Virus record (IMG/VR): IMGVR_UViG_3300036985_004624
Direction: 5' to 3' (one strand)
From: a virus
Length of the DNA stretch: 64,000 bases
Shown: in pieces, positions 55,141 to 64,000 of the stretch
How positions within the stretch are numbered: the stretch's first letter is position 1
Layout: each line of letters starts with the position of its first letter
Notes under the pieces: model-generated
Told to the model about the DNA's origin: nothing
The model's input: only the letters and a program-made list of their open reading frames with translations
The model's database searches: none
Position numbers and translations under genes: made by a program

Positions 55141-55168
55141 ATCTTACCCCGTTATGTAATTACTTATC

Positions 55169-55942
55169 TTAGATGCTTCTACCACCATCAACTTCAATAC
55201 ATACACCGTTGATAAATGCAGAATCATCGCTTGCTAAGTAAAGAGCAGCATTTGCTATATCTTCCGATGTAACAAATCTTCGCATAGGAATTGCAGCAAT
55301 TCTTACAGCAATCCTCTCCTTTGTTAGTGGGCCGCCTGCAAACGATTCACTTAAATTCGTGTTAGGATTAAACCCCGGATTAATGACATTCACCCTGATA
55401 TTCTCGGGTCCTAATTCGGCGGCTAAAGATTTAGATGTAATAATCAACGCCGCTTTCGAACCATTATACCATGTTAACCCGGGCGGCGGCCTTAAACCTG
55501 CTGTAGAACCTATGTTAATAAAATTTCCAATACCTTGTTTTCGAAAGATAGGTACGGCGTGCATCGTAGATAGGTATAAGCTCTTTATATTGGTGTCATA
55601 ACACTTGTCAAATTCTTCTTCGGGTACATCTAATGCAGGCTGATAAAAATGCGTCCATCCTACATTATTTACAACAACATCTATTCTTCCATATTGTTGC
55701 ACTGTATGTTGCATAAGATTTTTAACTTCTTCAGTTTTTGTCATGTTTGCATAGACAAACTCTGCTCGATTACCGCAATTTATTATATCGTTAGCAATAC
55801 GATTACCATTTTCTGTGTTTATATCATTTACAATAACTATTGCACCTTCACTCGCTAACTTAGCTGCCATCACTGAGCCGATTCCCGAACCTGCACCTGT
55901 CACAATTATTACTTTATCTTTTACTCTCATATTTTCTTTCAT
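55169..55942 (-). CDS. short-chain dehydrogenase/reductase (FabG-like)
   Basis: TGAGSGIG, NNVG, YNGSK and VDGG motifs. Confidence 0.9.
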   Translation of the reverse strand: MKENMRVKDKVIIVTGAGSGIGSVMAAKLASEGAIVIVNDINTENGNRIANDIINCGNRAEFVYANMTKTEEVKNLMQHTVQQYGRIDVVVNNVGWTHFYQPALDVPEEEFDKCYDTNIKSLYLSTMHAVPIFRKQGIGNFINIGSTAGLRPPPGLTWYNGSKAALIITSKSLAAELGPENIRVNVINPGFNPNTNLSESFAGGPLTKERIAVRIAAIPMRRFVTSEDIANAALYLASDDSAFINGVCIEVDGGRSI

Positions 55943-55962
55943 ATTTTATTACTTATTACTTA

Positions 55963-57351
55963 CTATGCATTTAACTGATAGTCTATATAATTACGCACTA
56001 ATCTAGTTTGTTTATCTAAAAAATCTAATACAGGTAAATCTTTTCGTTTTACAAGCAACATTTCATCAAATGTATAACCCAGCCCTACATTCTGAGCAAG
56101 ATCAAACGCAGTAGGCATCGTATATTGGGCCTTGGCTTCAGTATTTAATATATTAGATAAAGAATATGCTTCGTTAAATGTAAAATGTTCATTTTTCCAG
56201 TTTAACCCCTCACTATGTTCAAACGAATATCCATATTTTTGATAGTCTAATTCAAATTCGGATAACCATACCTTACCTACATTCCGTGTAATATATAGTG
56301 CGCCAAAATTCCATTCATACATTTCATTTTCTTTGCACCATTGATGAGTTTCTAATATACTATCCTTACTTTCTCCCGGTAAACCTGTTATTAATGCTAT
56401 CTTCCACGTAATTTTATCATTCCATTCTTTTTTTAATTTAAGTATATAATCTTTAAAATGTTTTCCATTCCACCCTTTTCCCACTGCTTTGGCGGCGCCT
56501 GGATGTAAGGTTTCGATACCAAAGAATGCAGACCTTAAGCCAGAATCTTTCAATATTGTACTTTCGCCTGGTCTACTCCATATTAGGTCAAGTCTATTAT
56601 ATCCTACCCACTCGAGTTTAAAAGGTAAACTCTGTGCTATATTGGCAAGATTTATCATTTTCTCTTCGCTCTCGTTCACGGTATCGTCTGTGAAAAAATA
56701 TCTGGTAGAACCCCATTTTTCATAATTTTCCAGAAATTCTGACTTTACAGATTCCATATCACGTAAATATGTTCCTTTTTTCTTACCTGTCATTGGCAAA
56801 TTACAGAATTTACACTTAAAGTGGCATCCTCGGCCGAGCTCCATAGGTATTATCTCATGCGGTTGTATAAAATCATTTTCTTCAAAAGATTTATATAAGC
56901 ACTTAATATCAAATAATTCACGACGTACAAACTTGTTAGAGTGTTCGTCCATCCATTTAAGTAAAGAATCTTCTGCATAACTTCGGAATTTAATCCATTC
57001 ATTACGTTGTTTGCCTATAGTCGATGCCGTGCCGCCTAAAAGCCAATATAATTTGTGTCTTGATTCTAGTTCTTTTCTACTGTTAAATACCCAGTCAGGT
57101 TCAGCAAATCTATTTACAACATTTTCGAAATCTTGCCAGAATGTAGAACTGACACCTATTGCAATTGTTTCGGGACCTATATATTTTTCGGTTATTGTTA
57201 CTAATTCTTCAGTTGTCATCATATGACAGAAATCAATAACCTTAACAGTGTACCCGTTGCTTCTTAACCAGGATGCTAATTGATACACACCCAATGTCCT
57301 AACCGCAGCATATTGCCGATGCATGGACGTCCATAGTATTAAATTAGCCAT
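55963..57351 (-). CDS. B12-binding-domain radical SAM enzyme (class B-like)
   Basis: LGVYQLASWLR..G..V.VID N-terminus, RGCHFKCKFC, FTDDT, FFGIET and GLPGES motifs. Confidence 0.82.
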   Translation of the reverse strand: MANLILWTSMHRQYAAVRTLGVYQLASWLRSNGYTVKVIDFCHMMTTEELVTITEKYIGPETIAIGVSSTFWQDFENVVNRFAEPDWVFNSRKELESRHKLYWLLGGTASTIGKQRNEWIKFRSYAEDSLLKWMDEHSNKFVRRELFDIKCLYKSFEENDFIQPHEIIPMELGRGCHFKCKFCNLPMTGKKKGTYLRDMESVKSEFLENYEKWGSTRYFFTDDTVNESEEKMINLANIAQSLPFKLEWVGYNRLDLIWSRPGESTILKDSGLRSAFFGIETLHPGAAKAVGKGWNGKHFKDYILKLKKEWNDKITWKIALITGLPGESKDSILETHQWCKENEMYEWNFGALYITRNVGKVWLSEFELDYQKYGYSFEHSEGLNWKNEHFTFNEAYSLSNILNTEAKAQYTMPTAFDLAQNVGLGYTFDEMLLVKRKDLPVLDFLDKQTRLVRNYIDYQLNA

Positions 57352-57384
57352 GGCAATAGAATAAACTTATTTTGTTATAATTCA

Positions 57385-57618
57385 TTAATCTGCGGTGAAT
57401 ACTGTATTGATGCCGCGTTCTGCATTATATAAGCGAACTGCAACATATCCATACAATAATTCTAGATCATGCTGTGTTAATGTCGGATTCTTGGTATGCA
57501 AATATGCAATAGCATCATTTTGTAAATTTTTGGAATCTATCGATCCGTACTTGTAAGTTTTAGCAAATACGCCCACAGTAGCCATAATTAAAATAAAAGA
57601 AATAATTAATTTTTTCAT
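57385..57618 (-). CDS. small secreted hypothetical protein
   Basis: signal-peptide-like N-terminus. Confidence 0.55.
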   Translation of the reverse strand: MKKLIISFILIMATVGVFAKTYKYGSIDSKNLQNDAIAYLHTKNPTLTQHDLELLYGYVAVRLYNAERGINTVFTAD

Positions 57619-57645
57619 AAAAACCTTATGTTAAATGTGTATTTA

Positions 57646-58077
57646 TTAACATTCAATAAATTCGCCATAGATCGCGATTTCCTCAAATAATTTCTTATCT
57701 GCGTAATTCTTAAAAAAGTATTCAAAATTAACATAGTACCATGGACCGGTACATGCCCGATTTATTCTATATCGATTTTGTCTCAAGAACCACGGCATAT
57801 CATCTATCGATAATTCTACACCGTGCCATTCAAATTTTACTTTCACTGAATATGTATAAGTGTTATATCTGCCATCTTCTTCCAAATCAGTAACTGTTGT
57901 AAGAGGCTTATTCCATTCCATATCGCGTAAATCATATATTAATGTCAGCACATTATTACGAAGGTGATCCGGTATCTCTAAATCAGTCTTCTTTAAAAAG
58001 TGAACAATATATCTACATATTACTTTAGGTAACTGATAAGGACTAAAGATAGGATATAGTATTTTGTATATTTTCAT
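57646..58077 (-). CDS. hypothetical protein
   Basis: 143-aa ORF. Confidence 0.55.
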   Translation of the reverse strand: MKIYKILYPIFSPYQLPKVICRYIVHFLKKTDLEIPDHLRNNVLTLIYDLRDMEWNKPLTTVTDLEEDGRYNTYTYSVKVKFEWHGVELSIDDMPWFLRQNRYRINRACTGPWYYVNFEYFFKNYADKKLFEEIAIYGEFIEC

Positions 58078-59300
58078 TATAATACATCTGAAATAGTTTT
58101 AATAATATTATCGATCTGCAATTTCGACATTAAATAACCCGGACTAATAATTAATGATTTAGGATTACCTCGAGTAATAATTCCTCGTTCTCTAATTTTA
58201 GTTGCGAGTGCAGCACCTTTGTTTACAGCGGCATCGATTTGAACGTATCTATCTTCATATTGAGAAAAGTGTAACGCAATAAATAATCCGGAACTATCTA
58301 TTTTATAACATCTAGATTCTATATCGTATTTTTCTAATCTGTCAAGTACATAATTACTCAATTCCGAAATAGTATCGTCTTCGATACAAGTTCTTATAAT
58401 ATCTATAGATGCCAAGGCCGCGGCGCACGATATCGGATGGCCTGCCATTGTATAACCATACGCAATAGCTTGATCACTATCAAACTTAAATGTGGTGACA
58501 CAACAGCCTAATGGCATATAACCGTTTGTTATTGCCTTACTAACAATCAACACATCGGGTATAACATTATATTTTTTCCATGCGAACATTTCACCTAATC
58601 TACCGAATCCGGAGATTACTTCATCTAATATCAAGTATATGCCATATTTGTTTAATAATGTCTTTAATTTAGGTAATATATTTTCCTTCATAAAGAATCC
58701 GCCGCTTGCACCTATCATTGGTTCGGCAATAAAAGCTAGTACTTTTTCAGGATTGGCACGCTTAATCTTTCCCTCTATATAATCTAAATATTCATCAACA
58801 GATCGATTATCATAGAAAGAATAAAAATCGACGAAAATAAATTCATTATTACTAACTGACAGATTGCCCGAAGCAGATAATGTTGCTCTGGTGCTGCCGT
58901 GATAACTACCCGAATAAGACATAACTTTATGCCTGTTTGACCCAGAATGTAATTTACACAAACCAATTGCACTATCAACTGCTTCGGACCCACTATTAGT
59001 AATATATAGTTGTTCAGCAAACGGAATATGTTGTTTAAGTTTATCTTCTAAGGCAGTTAAATATATATTTGTTTGAGAGATTCCCGGTATAATTGAAAAA
59101 ATATGGCTAGATGGTAGATTATTTGTGGCATCAAATATAGCAGTTTTTATAGTATCGGAACTATATCCTAGCGGACAGTTATATAGACCGGATATAGCAT
59201 CCAAATATGACTTATCGCCTACTGTTACTTGATAATCGTTACAGGTCGTTACTTCGGCCAAAGAATTATTTATTTTAGAGAATGGGTGTAATGTTTTCAT
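58077..59300 (-). CDS. class III PLP-dependent aminotransferase
   Basis: YLDAISGL, NSGSEA, SYHG, ILDEVISGFGRLG and SKAITNGYMP motifs. Confidence 0.88.
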   Translation of the reverse strand: MKTLHPFSKINNSLAEVTTCNDYQVTVGDKSYLDAISGLYNCPLGYSSDTIKTAIFDATNNLPSSHIFSIIPGISQTNIYLTALEDKLKQHIPFAEQLYITNSGSEAVDSAIGLCKLHSGSNRHKVMSYSGSYHGSTRATLSASGNLSVSNNEFIFVDFYSFYDNRSVDEYLDYIEGKIKRANPEKVLAFIAEPMIGASGGFFMKENILPKLKTLLNKYGIYLILDEVISGFGRLGEMFAWKKYNVIPDVLIVSKAITNGYMPLGCCVTTFKFDSDQAIAYGYTMAGHPISCAAALASIDIIRTCIEDDTISELSNYVLDRLEKYDIESRCYKIDSSGLFIALHFSQYEDRYVQIDAAVNKGAALATKIRERGIITRGNPKSLIISPGYLMSKLQIDNIIKTISDVL

Positions 59301-60252
59301 TTGATAATATATTAATTAATTCTGAATATTGTATATCTACAGGATAAAACGGGAGTTTTAATTCGGTTACTGTCTTCGTAATTTCGACTAATTCGCGATC
59401 TTCGATATTCCCCCACCGATCTTTAAAGAATAAATCAATATTTTCATATCCCATGTATTTAGGACGAGGTTCCATATCGGGCCATAGCTTGTGATATATA
59501 AATGGCTTTAAATTAGCACTTGCTATACCCATACACGATCTTTCATATTTTACAAGAGTTTTTATATCTTCACAAGTTAACCAAGACATCATCATTTCCG
59601 GAGTATACATAAAGAAGCGATTGACCACATCTTCATCTTGATTAAATGCAGCATGTATAGGGCATATGGAAGTTTGTTCTTCAGAAATAAACATACCTTC
59701 TAAATTCGGGTACCCATTTATACGAGACCTCATCATACTAATGTCTCCTCCACCCAAAATACACAAATACTCTTTACAGAATAATCTGACAGCTTCTGCA
59801 TGTACCATTATGCCAGGTCTTGCCGATTTATACATCTGGGCATCGCCCAATAATCTTTCTTTTACATATTTGTTAAAATCAAAGTCATATAACTTAAACT
59901 TTATATTATTTTCTTTTACATATTTAAATGCATAAGCCGTATCGTGTTCATTAACGACCTCCCCATTATATATTATATTCAATATAAGTGCCTGGCATTC
60001 AACCTTTGCTTCTATCATAGCCCGCAGTATAACTTCGGAATCTACCCCGCCGGAGAAAAATACTAATATGGGTCTTGTTGCAGTCTCACCAATTAATTTA
60101 CATGCATTTACACATTCTTCGCGAAAAGACATCGGCTGTCGTGTAATTTTACCAAAATTAACCCAATAAGGCAATGAGCCATTATCTTCAAAGTTATAAA
60201 TACCTGATCCCCATCCAAACTTAAAATGATTGTTATATGTGTAATTTTTCAT
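59275..60252 (-). CDS. PP-loop (adenine nucleotide alpha-hydrolase) ATPase
   Basis: FSGGVDSE...RPKYMGYE. Confidence 0.7.
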   Translation of the reverse strand: MKNYTYNNHFKFGWGSGIYNFEDNGSLPYWVNFGKITRQPMSFREECVNACKLIGETATRPILVFFSGGVDSEVILRAMIEAKVECQALILNIIYNGEVVNEHDTAYAFKYVKENNIKFKLYDFDFNKYVKERLLGDAQMYKSARPGIMVHAEAVRLFCKEYLCILGGGDISMMRSRINGYPNLEGMFISEEQTSICPIHAAFNQDEDVVNRFFMYTPEMMMSWLTCEDIKTLVKYERSCMGIASANLKPFIYHKLWPDMEPRPKYMGYENIDLFFKDRWGNIEDRELVEITKTVTELKLPFYPVDIQYSELINILSNENITPIL

Positions 60253-60685
60253 GTCGTTAAATAAAATATTGTATTTCCTCGATGTATTTCAGGAAGAAAA
60301 GAAAAAAGAATTCATAGATTTTTTAAAATCGTGTAAGATAAAAGCTATAGATAGCCACCAATGGAACATATATAAGATAACTAATTTACCTTCAGGGCTA
60401 GGTTTATCTGATGATCCATTGATAGTACAATTCAATAAAGAAAAAGAATATATAAGATATAATGTATGGGAATTAGAATTCGAAGATACTGAAGATTTTC
60501 TAGCATGTAGGTTAATATTTAAGGATGTTATATGTTTAAATAAAATACCGAAACAAATCAAATATACATACACTTGTGCGGGTATCGAACAACACATATT
60601 TGCTCTTATAGAAAAATCTGATTGGAAATCCCCGTTTAAATTCTTATTCGTCGACCGTTGTATACCCGGTAATATCTCGTGTTAG
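60251..60685 (+). CDS. hypothetical protein (opposite strand)
   Basis: 144-aa ORF filling the gap between two PP-loop genes. Confidence 0.5.
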   Translation: MSLNKILYFLDVFQEEKKKEFIDFLKSCKIKAIDSHQWNIYKITNLPSGLGLSDDPLIVQFNKEKEYIRYNVWELEFEDTEDFLACRLIFKDVICLNKIPKQIKYTYTCAGIEQHIFALIEKSDWKSPFKFLFVDRCIPGNISC

Positions 60686-61579
60686 CTCACTTAACGTTCT
60701 ACTAACTCTGTTTCTATACTTTAAACCTTTATATTTCTTTTCTAAAAAATTCTCGAACTCTTCTATCTTCTGATCAATTGGCTCGAAACCCGTCATCTTT
60801 TTCCTAGATATTAAATCGGGGTATACTTCCCTGTACCCTAGTATCTTTGTAGAATTCACACCTAATTTACCATAATACTTATCATTTATTAATTCTTTGA
60901 ACCAAAATAAATTCGTATATGAAATCACTAGCCCGGGTGTCCATTTAAACCATTCGCCTATCGCAGGCCTATCAAGATACCTAATATATTTCGAATACCC
61001 GATATCGTGCTCGTAGCATATCGATATCCAATCACCCTTGACATCATAACCTATATTTTCTCCGTCTACCCTATACCAGGATGGATCGCTGGAACAATAA
61101 ATAGGTAAACCATCTGCATAATCTATAAATTTTAATTGTGGTAAGGCCCTTGGAAAATCTATTTGTGCCCTTTCAGAAATTAATTCTGCATCATTTTCAA
61201 AAAACTTGTTTAAGTTAAAATCTATCAACTTATACTCTATATTAAGCGAAGCACATATTGCAATAGCATAACTGACATCTAATATATTAATGTCGTCTTC
61301 GTACCTAAATATAATAACTTCGGGATTCACGCCTATGTCTTTGTATGTTCTTAAAACAATTTCGCTATCGACACCGCCACTAAAAAATATAGTAGGACGA
61401 AGATTCGGATAATAGTCTATCGTACTCTTGGCAGCTTTCTTTAATTCTTCCTTGAAGCTACCTATATGTTCATAACACTTTTTAAAATGTGTACTAAATC
61501 TACTATTCCCTGTCTGTCTACCAAAATGCGGGTCGTCACCATATTGCCAACTATACCAATTATTTTCAGAAGTAAACAT
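60644..61579 (-). CDS. PP-loop ATPase, paralog of 59275-60252
   Basis: FSGGVDSE...RKKMTGFE. Confidence 0.7.
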   Translation of the reverse strand: MFTSENNWYSWQYGDDPHFGRQTGNSRFSTHFKKCYEHIGSFKEELKKAAKSTIDYYPNLRPTIFFSGGVDSEIVLRTYKDIGVNPEVIIFRYEDDINILDVSYAIAICASLNIEYKLIDFNLNKFFENDAELISERAQIDFPRALPQLKFIDYADGLPIYCSSDPSWYRVDGENIGYDVKGDWISICYEHDIGYSKYIRYLDRPAIGEWFKWTPGLVISYTNLFWFKELINDKYYGKLGVNSTKILGYREVYPDLISRKKMTGFEPIDQKIEEFENFLEKKYKGLKYRNRVSRTLSELTRDITGYTTVDE

Positions 61580-62011
61580 TTACTCGACACCCTTATAAGT
61601 TCCAAATAATATATCCCAGTGTGGGAAAAATAGTCCATAATTCTTATTATGCATTTTATGATGTATTCTGTGCCATTTACCCGAAGTTATTAATGGAAAA
61701 TCTATATCTACGTTATGTTCTATACTCTCCTGTATAAATGCTGCCCATATATAATAGAAAATACATAACCACCACTGCCACGTAATAGCACAAAAAATAA
61801 CAGTAGGAATAACTTCGGTAATCCAAAGATCTAGCGTACTTATCCATGTATCATTAAATAAGAATAGATTATTCCAGTGCCAGCCTAAATCATTTGTGTT
61901 GGCATATATATGATGATGCCAGTGTATTCTTTGTATAATAAGTGTCTTATGGCCCAAACGATGGACACAATATAGCATCAACGTCCATAATAAGAAATAT
62001 ACTAAAAACAT
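61580..62011 (-). CDS. fatty acid hydroxylase/sterol desaturase family
   Basis: His boxes HRLGH, HWHHH and HRIHH, then NYG...WD.LFGT. Confidence 0.85.
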   Translation of the reverse strand: MFLVYFLLWTLMLYCVHRLGHKTLIIQRIHWHHHIYANTNDLGWHWNNLFLFNDTWISTLDLWITEVIPTVIFCAITWQWWLCIFYYIWAAFIQESIEHNVDIDFPLITSGKWHRIHHKMHNKNYGLFFPHWDILFGTYKGVE

Positions 62012-62099
62012 AATTAAAATTTATCAATATTTATAAGGTCAGAGTGCATAGAGTTTACTTCTGGACATTCTAAATGTAGTACCTTTAAATTGTTAATTG

Positions 62100-62954
62100 T
62101 TATTCGCCTTTGATTAGTTCGCCGCTGTGTGCAGACTTTAGCCATCTAAGGTTTAAGTCTGCCTGATTACATAAGCTATTATAATTCCATGTATTTCTTT
62201 CAACGAATTTATTGTATATTTCTTTATGTGTCCATGCACCGATCGATCTATCATACAAATGATCTACGGCTGGCGCAAGGCCGACAAAAGACTCTTTCAT
62301 AAACTCGCTTAAATCTGCAAAAATAGGAAGATTATTGTAAAGAACCACTATGCTAGCATCAGATAAATTAAATGTCCAATTTAATTTTATATTATACGCC
62401 TTACAAATTGTTTCCATAAATGCAAATCTTTCCTCTAGCATATATCTAATATTATGCGGATTATTCAGTTTTTTATTGGCATCTAATTGTATTAACCACG
62501 TATTTAATTCTTCATCACTCACTATACCGCCTGTATGACAAAATCTGGCGGAACTCTCTCTTGTACTTACATTATAACACTTCCCTGATTTATTGACATA
62601 TTCGTATCCATCAAATCTGGGTATTGTCATGTATACATATTCGGGTGCTCCAAAATTCTGTATATAAGCATACAGTCGCCGTACCATAGACGGAACACCA
62701 GATCCTACTGTACCCAAAGCAATAAAAGGTTCATTTGGATGAAAGTCAGTATGATGCATAACAGGCCACCTGTATTCTACATCTAGAAGATTCATCATGT
62801 CGCAGGTACCTAAATATACAACTTTACTCGGTTGCAATTTATCTCCACGATACCCCTCCTCATTTATCTCGGTGATAAATTGATTATAGCTTCTATAAGA
62901 CTCTATTTCCCAGAAGCGAAGATGATGATCGGAAGTTTCGTTCCAATATGTCAT
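62100..62954 (-). CDS. hypothetical protein (possibly SGNH-like fold)
   Basis: 284-aa ORF; weak pattern only. Confidence 0.55.
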   Translation of the reverse strand: MTYWNETSDHHLRFWEIESYRSYNQFITEINEEGYRGDKLQPSKVVYLGTCDMMNLLDVEYRWPVMHHTDFHPNEPFIALGTVGSGVPSMVRRLYAYIQNFGAPEYVYMTIPRFDGYEYVNKSGKCYNVSTRESSARFCHTGGIVSDEELNTWLIQLDANKKLNNPHNIRYMLEERFAFMETICKAYNIKLNWTFNLSDASIVVLYNNLPIFADLSEFMKESFVGLAPAVDHLYDRSIGAWTHKEIYNKFVERNTWNYNSLCNQADLNLRWLKSAHSGELIKGE

Positions 62955-63532
62955 ACAATAAATTCCCTAACAGTACTGCTACGATAACCCAATAATCTAT
63001 CTCCTATAAAAACAGAAATTCTGAATCTTCTATCCCCTATGCATTCTGCTTCTGTGACTGTCATTTTTGACATAATGTTATTCTTTATGATATCAGAAAA
63101 TACAGATGTATCCGGGATTTCAAACACGGCAAAGATAACCTTATCATCCGATCCCATAGGCCCATATACTTTCTCGAATCCTTTTTCTATCACGCCGCGG
63201 CAAATATCTGTGATATAATAACAAACATTAAACGGTGTAATCTCGTCATCTATAGCATGACTAGATGCTACTTTAGTTTCCAGGTGAACCTCTGTCGGGG
63301 AATATGAAAAGTAAAAACGAATATCGTTTGTTTCAAATTGCCCAGTTATATAGCCATCTAGTTTATCTGTGCTTATTTTAAATTCACCCTGCGATAAAAA
63401 AGGTTTTCTGAATTGTATTTTGAAGTTTTTTACATTACCATAAATTTTATTTATGACTGTAAGTGCATCGGCTATGACGACAGCATTATTGAGATAGTTT
63501 CTGTCGCCGATTGAGAAGAAGTTTGCTAACAT
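62951..63532 (-). CDS. hypothetical protein
   Basis: 193-aa ORF with AAGGA RBS. Confidence 0.6.
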   Translation of the reverse strand: MLANFFSIGDRNYLNNAVVIADALTVINKIYGNVKNFKIQFRKPFLSQGEFKISTDKLDGYITGQFETNDIRFYFSYSPTEVHLETKVASSHAIDDEITPFNVCYYITDICRGVIEKGFEKVYGPMGSDDKVIFAVFEIPDTSVFSDIIKNNIMSKMTVTEAECIGDRRFRISVFIGDRLLGYRSSTVREFIV

Positions 63533-63579
63533 ATTGTGTCCTTGTAAGGGGGTGTGAATTATTCTATTAACAGTATAAT

Positions 63580-64000
63580 TTAATTAGCGATATTTGTCAA
63601 GAAATGAGTAACGGGTGTATAATATTTCTGGTCGTATTGACCTACACTTTCTTTAAGATGATTTCTTAATGGCATATCCCATTCTTGTATTAATTCAAAT
63701 CCAGTCTTTTTAGTTCTATCCTCAAATTCAAAAATATCAGAGAAACATGCATGTTTATGATCCAATAGTCTTGCTACGTGGGCGGCCATCAATAATTTAA
63801 CTGTAGGTAAATTCAGGAAAGCAGATATTAAGCGACCATCCTGTTTCCAAAATTGAAATACACCCGGAATGTTGTTTAATATACAAAAATTATTTAATGT
63901 AAATTCTCGTTGCTCATCCATCATATAGTACTGTTTGTTCATTAATACTATATCCATCTCACCATTACCTGCAATAAAGAAATACCCTTCCTCTGAACAC
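63580..64000 (-). CDS. C-terminal part of a probable third PP-loop ATPase paralog (starts beyond window)
   Basis: RTKKTGFE motif matches the C-termini of 59275-60252 and 60644-61579. Confidence 0.5.
   Translation of the reverse strand, partial: CSEEGYFFIAGNGEMDIVLMNKQYYMMDEQREFTLNNFCILNNIPGVFQFWKQDGRLISAFLNLPTVKLLMAAHVARLLDHKHACFSDIFEFEDRTKKTGFELIQEWDMPLRNHLKESVGQYDQKYYTPVTHFLTNIAN

Noticed and set aside
894-59935. Numerous plus-strand ORFs of 60-160 aa in the ORF track (e.g. 2602-3084, 31870-32319, 38786-39193)
   Set aside because: They are antisense shadows of well-supported minus-strand genes or of RNA genes, with no recognisable motifs.
1-64000. Genome-wide stop-codon reassignment (TAG to Gln)
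   Set aside because: Core genes are full length in the standard code and several genes end in TAG.

Overview
A 64-kb segment of a large, AT-rich T4-like myophage genome, almost entirely encoded on the minus strand. The host is probably a Gram-negative proteobacterium; a betaproteobacterial-style porin, PstS and a TAXI receptor point that way (inference). Positions 1-17.6 kb hold core T4-type genes: uvsW, uvsY, uvsX, gp32 SSB, large terminase, gp4, tail tube, tail sheath, dNMP kinase and gp13 neck. The rest is accessory: rIIA/rIIB, two HNH-type endonucleases, radical SAM enzymes, NADAR, an RNA ligase, a Ro60/TROVE-like (DUF2828-type) vWA protein, denV, a Pth2-like protein, heptose-pathway enzymes, spanins and a modification-enzyme cluster. 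The RNA content is unusually rich. There are 8 tRNA genes, several non-canonical (8/4 tRNA-Ser, Ile-UAU, a possible amber CUA tRNA, and two Arg tRNAs with a compensatory A19-U56 elbow pair). There is also a tRNA gene split by an HNH + replacement-tRNA cassette, a permuted two-piece tmRNA, and several orphan structured RNAs. The best candidate for an undescribed system is a family of five ncRNAs, each with a covarying 7-8 bp terminal stem followed by an invariant CAGCAA. Four lie in tandem directly upstream of the Ro-like gene, and two of the five contain circularly permuted tRNA-like (T-arm then D-arm) modules, suggesting a new phage Ro/Y-RNA-like ribonucleoprotein system. All protein calls come from motif recognition by eye; no database searches were run.
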